From assembly GCA_965204725.1 (NCBI GenBank), contig OZ242005.1, positions 2,528,001 to 2,592,000 on the forward strand: a stretch of DNA of 64,000 nucleotides, read 5' to 3'. Of this stretch, positions 18,195 to 30,436 are shown piece by piece. Each line of letters starts with the position of its first letter. The stretch's first letter is position 1. The stretch comes from Candidatus Latescibacterota bacterium. Lineage in GTDB: Bacteria > Latescibacterota > UBA2968 > UBA8231. The translations under genes were made by a program, and so were the position numbers. Below the pieces are notes generated by a model. It saw only the letters and a program-made list of their open reading frames with translations. It made no database searches and was not told the origin of the DNA.

Positions 18195-19868
18195 ATGGGA
18201 ATTCTAAAGGTGCTGGCGGTGTGGGTCTTAGCGGCTGGAGCGGCTGGAGCAGGTCCGTGGGACGAGGAGCAGTTTGCGCGGCTGGCCAGCGGCGATGGCG
18301 AGGCGATTCAACAGGCCGCAACCGCGTTGGCCGCTCGCTACGACCAAGCCCATTACGCATTGATGCAGGGGTTGTTCAGCGGGGCGGTCTATTGCTGGAG
18401 TGAGCGCGCCGAGCAGAGCGGCTTGGTGCTCATCGGCGACGAGGAAATGGACGAGTACGGCGATTCGATCGCGCCGCTCTTTACGGCCTATCCCGAGCGC
18501 GTCCCCATCCTCGCCGAGGATGGTACGCCCGTCAAAATTTCGCTTTACGACCTAGCGGAGGTCGAGACCAATCGGAAGATCCGGGCGCTGACCCAGCCCT
18601 ACTTGCTACAGATGGAACTGGTCCACCCGGACGCCGACAAACGGCGGATTGCCGCTGAAAATATCGGCAATAAAGGCACGGCCGCGGCCATTCCAGCGTT
18701 GCTCCGCTCCATCGAGCCGGAGACGGACGGGTCGATACGGCGGTTGAAGCGCGTGTCGTTGGCCAAGCTGCAATTGGCCGACGCACAGGCCGGGGTGCGC
18801 TTGTCGGCGGTGGCCGCCTTGAAGGAACTGCGTAGTCCGTTGGCTATACCCGTCTTGGAGGAACTCCTGAGTACAGACGAGTCCGGGGCCTTTGCCGAAC
18901 CGGACGAGCGGGTGCGGGAGCGGGCGGTCGCGGCCCTGACTAGCTTGCGGCGTTTTAGTTCCTTCATGCAGGCGCTACAGACGATTTTCATTGGTCTGAG
19001 CTTGGGGTCCATCCTAGTCTTGATGTCGCTGGGGCTGGCGATTATTTACGGCCAGATGGGGGTGATTAACATGGCGCACGGCGAGTTTATGATGATCGGC
19101 GCCTACACTACTTTCGTGGTGCAGAACCTGTGCTTGGGCGTGCTGCCGCCGGAGTACGGCGACCTCTTTTTCGCCCTCTCCTTTCCGCTGGCCTTCCTAG
19201 TCGCTGGCGGCGTCGGGTTCCTGCTCGAAGCGTCGATTATCTGCCGGCTATACAGCCGACCGCTTGAAAGCCTGCTCGCCACTTGGGGCATCAGTCTGGT
19301 GCTGATCCAGGCGGCGCGCAGCGTCTTTGGCGATCTGACGGCGGTGAAATTGCCGCAGCTTCTGAGCGGCGGCTGGGAAATGGCGCCCCAAGTGGTGTTG
19401 CCCTATAACCGCATGTTCATCATGGCGCTGGCCGCGGCGATTGTCGGGCTGCTTTTGGCGCTTTTTTTTCGTACGCGCTTTGGCCTCAAGCTGCGGGCTA
19501 CCACCCAAAACCGGGCGATGAGTGCCTGCGTCGGCGTGCCGGTGCGGCGCATTGACTCCATGGCTTTTGCCTTGGGTACGGGGATTGCCGGCGTGGCCGG
19601 TTGGGCGATGACCTTGGTGGGCAATGTCGTACCCAACATGGGCCAGACCTACATCGTCGATTCGTTCCTCGTAGTCGTCACGGGCGGAGTCGGCAAGTTG
19701 GTCGGCACGATCAGTGCCGGGCTGGGGATCGGCATTTTCAACAAGATGCTCGAGCCGCTCTTTGAAGCCGTGTACGGCAAGGTCATCCTGCTAGGCTTGA
19801 TCATCGTCTTTTTGCAGTCGCGTCCGACCGGCCTCTTCCCGGCCAAAGGACGGAGCGCGGAACTATGA
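18195..19868 (+). CDS. urtB: Urea ABC transporter permease with N-terminal HEAT-repeat domain
   Basis: GLSLGSILVLMSLGLAIIYGQMGVINMAHGEF, RPLESLLATWG, YIVDSFLVVVTGGVG. Start at 18141 or 18195. Confidence 0.93.
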   Translation: MGILKVLAVWVLAAGAAGAGPWDEEQFARLASGDGEAIQQAATALAARYDQAHYALMQGLFSGAVYCWSERAEQSGLVLIGDEEMDEYGDSIAPLFTAYPERVPILAEDGTPVKISLYDLAEVETNRKIRALTQPYLLQMELVHPDADKRRIAAENIGNKGTAAAIPALLRSIEPETDGSIRRLKRVSLAKLQLADAQAGVRLSAVAALKELRSPLAIPVLEELLSTDESGAFAEPDERVRERAVAALTSLRRFSSFMQALQTIFIGLSLGSILVLMSLGLAIIYGQMGVINMAHGEFMMIGAYTTFVVQNLCLGVLPPEYGDLFFALSFPLAFLVAGGVGFLLEASIICRLYSRPLESLLATWGISLVLIQAARSVFGDLTAVKLPQLLSGGWEMAPQVVLPYNRMFIMALAAAIVGLLLALFFRTRFGLKLRATTQNRAMSACVGVPVRRIDSMAFALGTGIAGVAGWAMTLVGNVVPNMGQTYIVDSFLVVVTGGVGKLVGTISAGLGIGIFNKMLEPLFEAVYGKVILLGLIIVFLQSRPTGLFPAKGRSAEL

Positions 19869-20923
19869 CCCCATCTAAGCACCACCTCATCGCTGGTTCG
19901 CTGTTCGCCTTTTTTGGGGTGCTAGTCCCCTTGCTCAACCATCTCGGCCTAGTCGCCGATACGACCCTGAACCTGTGGGGGCGCTATTTTTGTTTCGCTA
20001 TCGTCGCCTTGGGGATGGACCTGATTTGGGGATTTACCGGCATTCTGTCGCTGTGCCAAGCGTTTTTCTTTTGCTTGGGTGGCTACGCCATGGGGATGCA
20101 TCTGCTGCTCAAGACCGGGACTCAGGGCGTGTACGGCAGCGCCTTGCCCGACTTCATGGTCTGGAATCGGGTCGAGGAGCTGCCGCTTTTTTGGCAGCCG
20201 TTTCACAGTTTGCCGCTAACCTTAATCCTCGGGCTGCTGGTGCCGGGATTGGCCGCGCTGGTCTTTGGTTTTCTCGCCTTCCGCAGCCGCATCAAGGGCG
20301 TGTATTTGGCCATTATCACCCAAGCACTGGCACTGGCGATGTGGCTGCTTTTCTTGCGCAACGAGACCATGTTGGGAGGGACCAACGGGCTGACGGATTT
20401 CAAGACCCTGCTGGGGTTTGAATTGGCCGCGCCCGCGACCAAGCGCGGGCTCTACGTGGTGGCCTGTGCCGCGCTCGTGGGGGCGTATTATCTCTGCCGC
20501 TATATCGTCGGCTCCAAGTTGGGCAAATTGCTCGTCGCCATCCGCGACAGCGAACACCGCCTGCGCTTTATCGGCTACCCCATCACCCGCTACAAGCTCT
20601 TCGTCTTTGTCGTCGCCAGCGCCTTGGCCGGCTTGGGGGGGATGCTCTACGTGCCGCAGACCGGCATTATCACCCCGGGGCGGATGGACGTTCAGGCTTC
20701 GATTGAGATCGTGGTGTGGACGGCGGTCGGCGGCCGAGGGACGTTGGTGGGCGCGATCGTCGGGGCCGTGCTGGTCAACTTGCTCTACAGCTTCCTCACC
20801 GGCGCGTTCCCCGGCACTTGGCTCTACTTTCTCGGGGCACTTTTTGTCGGGGTGGTGCTGTTCTTTCCCGACGGCGTCGCCGGCCTAGTCGGGCGTTTGC
20901 GCCGGCCGCCAAAGACCGCGTAA
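19865..20923 (+). CDS. urtC: Urea ABC transporter permease
   Basis: LPDFMVWN..ELP.FW, FRSRIKGVY, GGTNGLTDF, YVPQTGIITP. Confidence 0.95.
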   Translation: MTPSKHHLIAGSLFAFFGVLVPLLNHLGLVADTTLNLWGRYFCFAIVALGMDLIWGFTGILSLCQAFFFCLGGYAMGMHLLLKTGTQGVYGSALPDFMVWNRVEELPLFWQPFHSLPLTLILGLLVPGLAALVFGFLAFRSRIKGVYLAIITQALALAMWLLFLRNETMLGGTNGLTDFKTLLGFELAAPATKRGLYVVACAALVGAYYLCRYIVGSKLGKLLVAIRDSEHRLRFIGYPITRYKLFVFVVASALAGLGGMLYVPQTGIITPGRMDVQASIEIVVWTAVGGRGTLVGAIVGAVLVNLLYSFLTGAFPGTWLYFLGALFVGVVLFFPDGVAGLVGRLRRPPKTA

Positions 20924-20936
20924 CGAGGGGTGAGCC

Positions 20937-21698
20937 ATGGACCACCTATACGTGCAGAAGTTGAGTGTGTCGTTCGACGGCTTCAAGGCGCTGGATATCG
21001 ACATCTTTGAGGTGGCCCAAAACGAGCTGCGGGTGGTCATTGGTCCCAACGGCGCGGGCAAGACGACCCTGCTCGACGTGCTCTGCGGCCGGGCTAGGCC
21101 CGATGTCGGACACGCCTATTTCAAGGATCAAGACCTGACCAAGCTAAGCGAAGACGAGATCGTCGCGCTCGGGGTGGGGCGCAAGTTCCAAACGCCGACG
21201 GTTTTTACTTCCCTGACCGTCGCCGACAATTTGCTGCTGGCCGTCAAGGCCAACCGAGGGGTATTCGCCTCCCTGTTCCACCGGCTCCAAGCGACCGAGC
21301 GTCGCCGGATTGAGGAGGTGGCCGAGCGCACCGGGCTGGAGGATGCGCTGGACGAGGTCGCTGGGACGCTGTCGCACGGGCAGAAGCAGTGGTTGGAGAT
21401 CGCCATGGTCATCTTGCAGGACCCCACGCTCTTTTTGGTCGATGAGCCCGCCGCGGGCATGACCGACCAAGAGGCTTTCCGCACCGGGGAGATTCTCCAA
21501 GGGCTCGCCGAAGATCACGCCCTGATCGTCATTGAGCACGACATGGAATTTGTGCGGCAAATCGCTCGCAAAGTAACCGTGCTACACGAGGGCAAAATCC
21601 TAGTTGAGGGGCCGATGGCCGCGGTGCAGAGCGATCCGCGCGTCATTGAGTGCTATCTGGGAACGGCCATGGAACGGGAGGAACCCAGTGCCCGTTGA
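20937..21698 (+). CDS. urtD: Urea ABC transporter ATPase
   Basis: SFDGFKAL, GPNGAGKTT, GRKFQTP, LSHGQKQWLEI. Confidence 0.95.
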   Translation: MDHLYVQKLSVSFDGFKALDIDIFEVAQNELRVVIGPNGAGKTTLLDVLCGRARPDVGHAYFKDQDLTKLSEDEIVALGVGRKFQTPTVFTSLTVADNLLLAVKANRGVFASLFHRLQATERRRIEEVAERTGLEDALDEVAGTLSHGQKQWLEIAMVILQDPTLFLVDEPAAGMTDQEAFRTGEILQGLAEDHALIVIEHDMEFVRQIARKVTVLHEGKILVEGPMAAVQSDPRVIECYLGTAMEREEPSAR

Positions 21699-22395
21699 AA
21701 CCGTGCTGGCGGTGGAAAACTTAGAAGTCCACTACGGGGGCAGCCGCATCTTGCGGGACATTAGCTTGCAGGTTCCCAGCGGCTCGATTGTGGCGGTGAT
21801 GGGGCGCAACGGCGTTGGCAAAACGACGCTGCTCAAGGCGATCATGGGGCTGTTGACGCCGAGCAAGGGGCGGGTGTTTTTCGCCAGCGAGGACGTCACG
21901 TTGCTGACGGCGGACGAGCGCACTCGGCGGGGGTTGGGGTACGTGCCGCAGGGCCGCGAGATTTTTCCGCAGTTGACGGTGCGGGAAAACTTGGAAATCG
22001 GCCTAGCGGCGTGCGCGGGTGCTGGTCGGGTTCCCGAAGAGGTCTTCGCGCTCTTTCCGGTGTTGGCGGACATGCAGGAGCGGCTGGGCGGCAATTTGAG
22101 CGGCGGCCAGCAACAGCAGTTGGCCATTGCGCGGGCGCTGGTCGGCCAACCCAAGGTCCTGATGCTCGACGAACCGACCGAAGGGATTCAGCCGTCGATC
22201 ATCTTGGCCATAGAAAAGGTGTTGCTCCAGCTCAAGGAGCGGGGCGAATTCGCCATCGTCCTAGTCGAGCAATACTTCGACTTCGCGCGGCAGATCGCCG
22301 ATTACTTCTTTCTCATGGACCGCGGCCGTATCTTGTTGCAGGGGACAGCCGCCGAGCTGTCGGACGAAAGCATCAAGACCCATCTGACGTTTTGA
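21688..22395 (+). CDS. urtE: Urea ABC transporter ATPase
   Basis: GTG at 21688. [40 protein letters not shown]. Confidence 0.95.
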   Translation: MPVETVLAVENLEVHYGGSRILRDISLQVPSGSIVAVMGRNGVGKTTLLKAIMGLLTPSKGRVFFASEDVTLLTADERTRRGLGYVPQGREIFPQLTVRENLEIGLAACAGAGRVPEEVFALFPVLADMQERLGGNLSGGQQQQLAIARALVGQPKVLMLDEPTEGIQPSIILAIEKVLLQLKERGEFAIVLVEQYFDFARQIADYFFLMDRGRILLQGTAAELSDESIKTHLTF

Positions 22396-22405
22396 AGGAG
22401 GATTC

Positions 22406-23161
22406 ATGCGACTTTCCCCGCGGGAAATCGACAAGCTAGTGCTGCACAACGCCGGGTTTGTCGCGCAAAAGCGCTATGCCCGCGGCCTGCGGCTCAACTA
22501 TCCAGAGGCGACCGCGCTGATCGCGGCGCAGTTGCTCGAGTTTATCCGCGATGGCGAGCGGGTCGCCACCTTGATGGACAAGGGCAAGCAATTGCTCGGG
22601 ATTGAAGAGGTGCTGCCGGGGGTGCCGGAGCTGGTCCACGAGGTGCAGGTCGAGGGTACGTTCCCCGACGGCACCAAGCTGGTGACGGTCCATCAGCCGA
22701 TCTGCCGGGAGCGCGGCAACGCCGAGTTGGCGCTCTATGGGTCGGGGCTGGTGCGCGAGGGGCCGACGTGGTCGCCGGACAATGCGTCCCGCGCGGCCGT
22801 TGGGGAAACGCTGGTGGCGGCTGACGAGCTCGCGCTCAATACAGGCCGCGAAAGGGTCGCGCTCGAAGTGGTCAACACGGGCGACCGCCCCGTGCAGGTG
22901 GGGTCGCACTTTCCCTTTTTTGAGGCCAACGCCGAGCTGCGTTTCGACCGCGCCCGAGCCTATGGTTTTCGCCTCGACATTCCCTCGGGAACGGCGGTGC
23001 GTTTCGAGCCGGGAGAGACCCAGACGGTGACGCTGGTCGCTGTCGCGGGCCAGCGCGTCGTCCAAGGCGGCAGCGGTTTGATTGGCGGGGCCTTGAGCGA
23101 TTCCAACAAGCAGGCGGCACTAGCCCGTGCGAAAGAGCGCGGCTTTTTGGGAGTGGAGTAG
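22406..23161 (+). CDS. ureAB: Urease gamma/beta fused subunit
   Basis: [11 protein letters not shown]...[17 protein letters not shown] (gamma), then [13 protein letters not shown]...[15 protein letters not shown] (beta). Confidence 0.96.
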   Translation: MRLSPREIDKLVLHNAGFVAQKRYARGLRLNYPEATALIAAQLLEFIRDGERVATLMDKGKQLLGIEEVLPGVPELVHEVQVEGTFPDGTKLVTVHQPICRERGNAELALYGSGLVREGPTWSPDNASRAAVGETLVAADELALNTGRERVALEVVNTGDRPVQVGSHFPFFEANAELRFDRARAYGFRLDIPSGTAVRFEPGETQTVTLVAVAGQRVVQGGSGLIGGALSDSNKQAALARAKERGFLGVE

Positions 23162-23163
23162 CT

Positions 23164-24867
23164 ATGCGGATGGATCGACGCGCTTATGCGGATATGTACG
23201 GCCCCACCACCGGCGACCGGGTGCGGCTGGGCGACACGGATTTGGTCGTCGAGGTGGAAAAGGATCACACCGTATATGGCGAGGAGTGCAAGTTTGGCGG
23301 CGGCAAAGTGTTGCGCGACGGCATGGGGCAGCAGAGCGGCGCGAGCCAAAAAGAAGCGCTGGACTTGGTAATCACCAACGCGCTGGTGCTCGACTACACG
23401 GGCATCTACAAAGCCGATCTCGGCGTCAAGGACGGGCGTATCGCCGGGATTGGCAAGGCGGGCAACCCAGACATCATGCCGGGGGTGACCGAGCGGATGA
23501 TCGTCGGCGCGACCACCGAAGTGGTGGCCGGAGAAAAGCTGATTTTGACGGCCGGCGCACTGGACGTCCACGTCCACTTCATCTGCCCGCAGCAAGTGGA
23601 AGAGGCCATCGCCTCGGGCATCACCACGATGCTCGGCGGCGGCACCGGCCCGGCGACCGGAACGAATGCCACCACTTGTACCCCCGGTGCTTTTTACATC
23701 CGCACGATGCTACAGGCGGCCGATGCTTGGCCGCTCAACTTTGGCTTTTTGGGCAAGGGCAATTCGTCGGCGCGCCCAGGGCTGGCGGCGCAAATTGAGG
23801 CGGGGGCCTGCGGGCTCAAGCTGCACGAGGACTGGGGCACGACGCCAGCGACCATTGATGCGTGTCTGGCCGTCGCCGAAGAATTTGACGTGCAGGTTTG
23901 CATCCACACCGACACGCTCAACGAGTCCGGCTTTGTCGAGGCGTCGCGGGCGGCGTTCAAAAACCGGACGATTCACACCTACCACACCGAGGGGGCCGGC
24001 GGCGGCCACGCGCCCGACATTATGCGGCTTTGCGGCGAGGCCAATGTGCTGCCCTCCTCGACCAACCCGACGCGGCCCTTCACGGTCAACACGATCGACG
24101 AACACTTGGACATGCTGATGGTCTGTCACCACCTCGACAAGAACATTCCCGAGGACGTGGCGTTTGCCGAGAGCCGGATCCGCCAAGAGACCATCGCGGC
24201 CGAAGACGTTTTGCACGACTTGGGTGCGCTGTCGATTATCGCCTCGGACAGCCAAGCCATGGGCCGCGTGGGGGAGGTGGTGTGCCGAACTTGGCAGACG
24301 GCGCACAAGATGAGCCAACAGCGGGGCCGGTTGCCCCAAGACCCGGGCGGCAGCGACAACTATCGCGCCCGCCGCTACATCGCCAAATACACCATCAACC
24401 CGGCCCTCGCCCACGGGCTCTCGCCCCACATCGGCTCGGTGGAGACGGGCAAGCTGGCCGATCTGGTGTTGTGGCAGCCGGCTTTTTTCGGGGTCAAGCC
24501 CGAGCTCGTGATCAAAGGCGGGGTAATCGCCTACGCGCAAATGGGCGACGCCAATGCGTCCATCCCCACGCCGCAGCCCGTGTATCCGCGCCCCATGTTC
24601 GGCTCCTACGGCAACGCGGTGGGGCCGACCGGTCTGGCGTTTGTTTCACAGGCGTCGTGCGAGCAGGTGGGGGAGTACGGGTTGGCCAAAGAGATCGTGC
24701 CGGTTGCACATTGCCGCGACATTGGCAAGGCCGATATGCGGCTCAACGACGCCATGCCCAACCTAGAAGTGGACCCAGAGACCTATAAGGTGCGCATCGA
24801 TGGCCGAGAGATTACCTGCGCCCCGGCGGAAAAACTGCCGCTGGCGCAATTGTATCACCTGTTCTAA
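23164..24867 (+). CDS. ureC: Urease alpha (catalytic) subunit
   Basis: [59 protein letters not shown]. Confidence 0.98.
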   Translation: MRMDRRAYADMYGPTTGDRVRLGDTDLVVEVEKDHTVYGEECKFGGGKVLRDGMGQQSGASQKEALDLVITNALVLDYTGIYKADLGVKDGRIAGIGKAGNPDIMPGVTERMIVGATTEVVAGEKLILTAGALDVHVHFICPQQVEEAIASGITTMLGGGTGPATGTNATTCTPGAFYIRTMLQAADAWPLNFGFLGKGNSSARPGLAAQIEAGACGLKLHEDWGTTPATIDACLAVAEEFDVQVCIHTDTLNESGFVEASRAAFKNRTIHTYHTEGAGGGHAPDIMRLCGEANVLPSSTNPTRPFTVNTIDEHLDMLMVCHHLDKNIPEDVAFAESRIRQETIAAEDVLHDLGALSIIASDSQAMGRVGEVVCRTWQTAHKMSQQRGRLPQDPGGSDNYRARRYIAKYTINPALAHGLSPHIGSVETGKLADLVLWQPAFFGVKPELVIKGGVIAYAQMGDANASIPTPQPVYPRPMFGSYGNAVGPTGLAFVSQASCEQVGEYGLAKEIVPVAHCRDIGKADMRLNDAMPNLEVDPETYKVRIDGREITCAPAEKLPLAQLYHLF

Positions 24868-24868
24868 G

Positions 24869-25521
24869 ATGAATCGCCTCTATCCGCTAATGCACCTCGC
24901 CGACAGCGCACTGCCGGCCGGCGGTTATGCCTTTTCCAATGGCTTGGAAGGGGCCTATCAGTTGGGCTTGCTCAATGCGTGCGGGGCGCTTGAAGAGTTC
25001 GTGCGCTCAGCACTAATGGCCGCGGCTTACGGCGAGATGCCCTTCATCCATTCCTGTTATGCCGAATCCGACGACGAGGCCCTAGCGGACATGCTGCATT
25101 TCTACGACGCGCTCATCGCGGCCCCAGCCATGCGCCGAGCGAGCTTGGTTTTGGGCAAGAACTGGTTGCGGCTGATGGCTGGCTTGTACCCGGAGGTCGA
25201 GTTTACAACCTTGCGGCCGGCCCCAGCGCATTATACGGTGGTTTTTGGGCTGGCGTTGAAGGCCACGGGCTTTGCCCAAGCCGACGCCCAGCGGCTTTAC
25301 ATGTTTCAGGTTCTCAGGGATCAACTGAGTGCTGCGGTGCGTCTCGGGGTCGTCGGGCCGCTGGAGGCCACGCGCAAGCAGTGGGGCCTGTATGGGCATT
25401 GCGAGGAATTGCTGGCGGAAGTGGCGGGCCGACCCTACGCCCAAGCGACGCGCTGTGCGCCCCAGCTCGACATCGCCCAGAGCACCCACGACGACCTCTA
25501 CTCGCGCCTTTTCCAAAGTTG

Positions 25522-25522
<1 letters not shown>
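24869..25522 (+). CDS. ureF: Urease accessory protein UreF
   Basis: [30 protein letters not shown]-terminal YSRLFQS. Confidence 0.93.
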
Positions 25523-26226
<704 letters not shown>

Positions 26227-26629
26227 GCCACACCACCTATCCGCTTGGCGCAACCGATTGAAGGAAGCGGAGCAGCGGCTGCAAGACGCCCAAGCGCAAG
26301 GCGACAACCCGGCGGTCTTATTGGCGCAGTACAAGGTCTCCAATCTAAAGCACCGAATCGGCCAATGGCCGTTGCCGTACTGGGAGCCGAAGGACTTCAG
26401 CCCCCGACGGCTAAAGCCGACCAGCGGCGATTTTGCGGTATGTCTTGGCCTGTCCCGCGGTGTTGGAAAGCCCTAGTATAAACCCAATCGGAGATTTTTT
26501 GGGCGGGATAGTAGCGGCTTTTGTGCGGATTGGCTTTTTGTGCGTTCAATAGTTCATTCACGGAGGAGATGAAGGGGGCTGCTGCGTCAGTATGGTGGCC
26601 GCCAGTGAACGGATCGGAAAGGACCGGCT

Positions 26630-27424
26630 ATGCGTGAAGCGTCACAGCCTCTCAACGCTTTGCCGCAAGGTTATCGGCTACAAGAATACGAACTGGTACG
26701 CGTGTTGGGCTTTGGCGGCTTCGGCATGACCTATTTGGGCTTTGACCACAACTTGGACAAGCCCGTCGCTATCAAGGAATATCTGCCGTCGGATATTGCT
26801 ACTCGCACTGCCGACCGTAGTGTCGCCGCGCAAGCCAGCGAGGTTCGGGGCGATTTTCAATGGGGGCTGGAGCGGTTCGTGGACGAGGCGCGTACCTTAG
26901 CTCGCTTTGATCATCGCCACATTATCAAGGTGCATCGTTTTTTTGAGGCGCATGGTACGGCCTATATCGTGATGGAATATGCCGAGGGCGAGACCTTATC
27001 GGCATATCTTGAGCGCAAGGGGTCGCTGAGCGAAGCGGAACTCAAAGCGATTCTGTATCCGCTGTTGGATGGGTTGGCGGTGGTGCATGGGGCGGACTTT
27101 CTGCACCGGGACATTAAGCCGGGCAACATCGTCTTGCGGGATGTGGATGGTTCGCCCGTGCTGTTGGACTTTGGGGCAGTACGTCAGGCGATTGGGGCGA
27201 AGAGTCGGTCGGTCACGTCTATCGTGACGCCCGGGTATGCGCCGATTGAACAGTATTCGACTCGGGGGCGTCAAGGGGCGTGGACGGATATATATGCGTT
27301 GGGGGGCGTGTGCTATCGGGCGTTGACGGGGGATGTGCCGGAGGATGCGACGGATGTTGGCATGGGTTGGTGTGTCGGACCGCTCAGGGGGTGTCTGGGG
27401 GGACGACAGGGCGGTGGTGGTTGA
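26630..27424 (+). pseudogene. Hanks-type Ser/Thr kinase, truncated shortly after subdomain IX
   Basis: GFGGFG, VAIKE, HRDIKPGN, DFG, APIEQ, DIYALG. Kinase-like sequence ends at GDVPEDATD (~27355) and runs into unrelated sequence. Confidence 0.8.
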
Positions 27425-27551
27425 GTTCATGACGAGCTTGGGGGTTGGCTTATCAGAAAAGGTCTCCGGGGCACCTTTTTGTGTCGATTGTGGTTTTTGT
27501 GTCTTTTTTCGTGGTTTTTGTGCTAAAAATCTTAACGTAGGAGGAGTGGTT

Positions 27552-27914
27552 ATGGTTGGTATGAGCAAGTCGGATGCGCGGGCGGAGTTGGATAGTCTGG
27601 GTATCGACTATACGGACGTGGATAAGTTTTTTGATTTGTTGGAGGAGGGCGCCTTAGCGCTTGGGGGGGCGGGCAACTTCGCGGTTGTCAAGCTGTTTGT
27701 GGTGGCGGGGATGGATGTGGACGCGAAGGACAGGGACGGCGGTACGGCGTTGCACTGGGCGGCGGATAGGGGTCGTTTGGATATAGTCAAGTTTTTGAAG
27801 TGTGCGGGAGCGAGTCTGCGAGATAGGGATGACGCTGGCTTGACGCCTCGGGGTAGGGCGGTAAGGAGGGGCCATACGGCGGTGGTGGATTATTTGGAGT
27901 CTGTGGGCGGGTAG
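27552..27914 (+). CDS. Short ankyrin-repeat protein
   Basis: RBS GGAGGAG, ATG at 27552. GGTALHWAADRGRLDIVKFL. Shares the ARAELDSLGIDYT N-cap with the next gene. Confidence 0.75.
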   Translation: MVGMSKSDARAELDSLGIDYTDVDKFFDLLEEGALALGGAGNFAVVKLFVVAGMDVDAKDRDGGTALHWAADRGRLDIVKFLKCAGASLRDRDDAGLTPRGRAVRRGHTAVVDYLESVGG

Positions 27915-28265
27915 GCTATCAGGGTCTTTCTACCGCTTGCGCGGACGGCTTGGTTGGTGTGTTGCTACATAGGTTGGGATGCAGGACCGCTTAGGAGGCG
28001 ACCTGGGGCGCGTGGGGGCGAGCGGGAGTTATCCACACGCTTCGAGTGACGGGGGGCGGGGGGGATCGGAAAGTGAATCGGCCTTGTGGGTGGAGATCGG
28101 ATGGCGGCGTTGGGTGTTTTTCGCGCAGGACTTCGGGTCAGGGTCGGGCGGGTTTGAATTTTTGAAAAAGTTATTTTTGGGGAAATTGTGTTTTTTGTGC
28201 GAATTGTGTCTTTTGTGCATTTTCGGCAGTCATTCATTGATCACTTCATACAGGGAGATTTAGTA

Positions 28266-29999
28266 ATGCGCTTTTTGCTGATGGTGTTGGTTGGCTTCGT
28301 GCTCAGTTGTGGCGATGGGGATCGGTCTGTTCAGGGACCGTCTGGTAAGGTGTCGGCGGATTGTTCGTTGGTGGAGATTTTTTCTGGTAAAGAGGGGTGT
28401 CAAGCGGATCCTTCATTAGATGAGGTGCCGGAGGGGTATGTGGCTCCAGTGGACAGCACGGAGACCGCGGATGCGGACAGTACGGCGGCTGGGTCTGAGA
28501 CTGAGACCGCGCCTTCGGACAGCACGGGTACTGAGACGGGTACTGCGCCTTCGGATACGACTGGGACTGAGACAGCACCCGCGGACAGCACTGAGCCTGC
28601 GGCTGAGACGCCTTCGGATACGTCTGGTTCTGATCCTGTGGTTCCTGAGCCTGTGATTATTCATGTGCCTGTGGAGGAGGAGCCTGATCCCGAAACGGCG
28701 CGGTCTGAGGCGGAGCCTGAGGACGAATCGTTGACGGCTGAACAAGCGCGGGCGCAGTTGGATAGTCTGGGTATTGCTTATACGGGCGCGGCGTTTCGTT
28801 TGGCGGCTCAGTCTGGCAACCTAGAGGTTGTTCAACTGTTCGTACAGGCGGGTATGTCTCTTGAGGAGGTGGATGACTACGACTGGACGGCGTTGTCCGA
28901 GGCGGCGTATGCAGGTCGCTTGGAGACCGTCAAGTATCTCGTGGGTCAAGGGGCGAATATCGAGGCCCGTGACGAGGACGGCTGGACGGTGTTGATGAAT
29001 GCGGCAGGCATAACGAACAACTTGTCGGTGGTTCGTTTTCTCGTGGAGTCTGGCGCGGATGTGCTCGCGGTTGGCGATGACCAACGGACGACCGCTTGGT
29101 CTGTGGCAATGACGGTGGGTAATACGGCGATTGCGGACTACTTGAAATCGCTGACCAACGCGGGAGATTCGGTTCCTCTATCGCGGGAAGAGGCCCGTGC
29201 GGAGTTGAGGCGGCTGGGTATTGATTATTCGGAAAATACGTTTTTTAGAGCGGCTGCGGGTGACGTATTAAACGCTTATGGTCAAGGTGTTAGTGGGGCT
29301 TATGGTTACGTTGGTGGGGCGAGCAATTTAGATGTTGTCAAATTGTTCGTGTGGGCCGGTTGGTCGGCAGATTATAGGGGCAGCAACTACGGCGAGACGG
29401 CGTTGCACAACGCGGCGGCGGGTGGTCATTTGGCGGCGGTTCGTTATCTCGTTGAGCAGGGGGCGGACCTTGAGGCTACGCGCTACGATGACTATACGGC
29501 GTTGCACAACGCGGCGGCGGGTGGTCATTTGGCGGTGGTTCGTTATCTCGTTGAGCAGGGGGCGGACCTTGAGGCTAAGAGCCGTTATGACTTTACGGCG
29601 TTGCTCTCTGCGGCGTATAGGGGTCATTGGGAGGTTGTAAAATTCTTAGTGGGTGCGGGTGCGGACCTTGAGGCTGCGTACTCCAGAGATTTGAGAAGCC
29701 GCAATGGTTTTACGGCGTTGCTCTTTGCGGTGGTGGGTGGTCGCTTGGATATGGTCAAGGTGTTAGTGGGTGCGGGGGCGGACGTGAATGTTAGGGCCAG
29801 AGAGTGGCCCTACTATCCGGCGTTGCATTATGCGGCGGTGGGTGGTCGCTTGGATATGGTCAAGGTGTTAGTGGGTGCGGGGGCGGACGTGAAAGCTACG
29901 ACCCACGTTGACAATACGGCGCGGGACGTGGCGAGGTCGAGTGGTCATACGGCGGTAGTGAATTATTTTGATTCGCTGGACGAGGACGATGACGAGTAG
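28266..29999 (+). CDS. Ankyrin-repeat lipoprotein with Ser/Thr/Asp-rich linker and acidic tail
   Basis: Lipobox-like VLSC. Two N-cap+ankyrin blocks, with near-exact 99-bp (29397/29496) and 105-bp (29732/29837) internal duplications. Ends DEDDDE. Confidence 0.88.
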   Translation: MRFLLMVLVGFVLSCGDGDRSVQGPSGKVSADCSLVEIFSGKEGCQADPSLDEVPEGYVAPVDSTETADADSTAAGSETETAPSDSTGTETGTAPSDTTGTETAPADSTEPAAETPSDTSGSDPVVPEPVIIHVPVEEEPDPETARSEAEPEDESLTAEQARAQLDSLGIAYTGAAFRLAAQSGNLEVVQLFVQAGMSLEEVDDYDWTALSEAAYAGRLETVKYLVGQGANIEARDEDGWTVLMNAAGITNNLSVVRFLVESGADVLAVGDDQRTTAWSVAMTVGNTAIADYLKSLTNAGDSVPLSREEARAELRRLGIDYSENTFFRAAAGDVLNAYGQGVSGAYGYVGGASNLDVVKLFVWAGWSADYRGSNYGETALHNAAAGGHLAAVRYLVEQGADLEATRYDDYTALHNAAAGGHLAVVRYLVEQGADLEAKSRYDFTALLSAAYRGHWEVVKFLVGAGADLEAAYSRDLRSRNGFTALLFAVVGGRLDMVKVLVGAGADVNVRAREWPYYPALHYAAVGGRLDMVKVLVGAGADVKATTHVDNTARDVARSSGHTAVVNYFDSLDEDDDE

Positions 30000-30031
30000 G
30001 TCTGTTTGTCTTATTCGTTGGTAGTTTCGGT

Positions 30032-30074
30032 ATAGGTCGGTGCTCGGTGGTATGGGGTGCCGACCTATTTTTTT
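30032..30074 (+). terminator. Intrinsic terminator
   Basis: ATAGGTCGGTGCTC...GGGGTGCCGACCTAT followed by a T run. Confidence 0.7.
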
Positions 30075-30436
30075 GCTTGTTTTGTGCGTTTTGTGCATAT
30101 CTAGGCAAATTTTTGTATGTCGGAAATGGAAAGTTTTCCAAATCCGACACGGATTGAGGCTGTTTGAGGCTGTAAAAAACTGTTTTTTATGGTGTGGGTC
30201 GGGTGAAAACTCGGTTTTTTTTTGTACCGATTCGTTTTTGCAGTGGGACATGGTGTCAACGGTTGTGCGGGCTGGCGGGGGGGGCTTTATCGGGTGCTCG
30301 ACTAGGCGACTAGGCGAATTGTGGCTTTTGTGCGAATTGTGCGTCTTGTGCGTCTTGGGTCTGTTGCGCGGTCAGGAACGTGTTTACAATTATGGTTCGA
30401 TTGTATCTCAATAATTTTACACAAAGGAGTGTTGCG

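Noticed and set aside
23159-23166. Stop-codon readthrough fusing ureAB and ureC into a single-chain urease
   Set aside because: TAG-CT-ATG puts ureC in a different frame, and a GGAG RBS precedes the ATG.
26249-26481. Short ORFs between ureG and the kinase
   Set aside because: No credible start or RBS; at most a gene remnant, and not identifiable.
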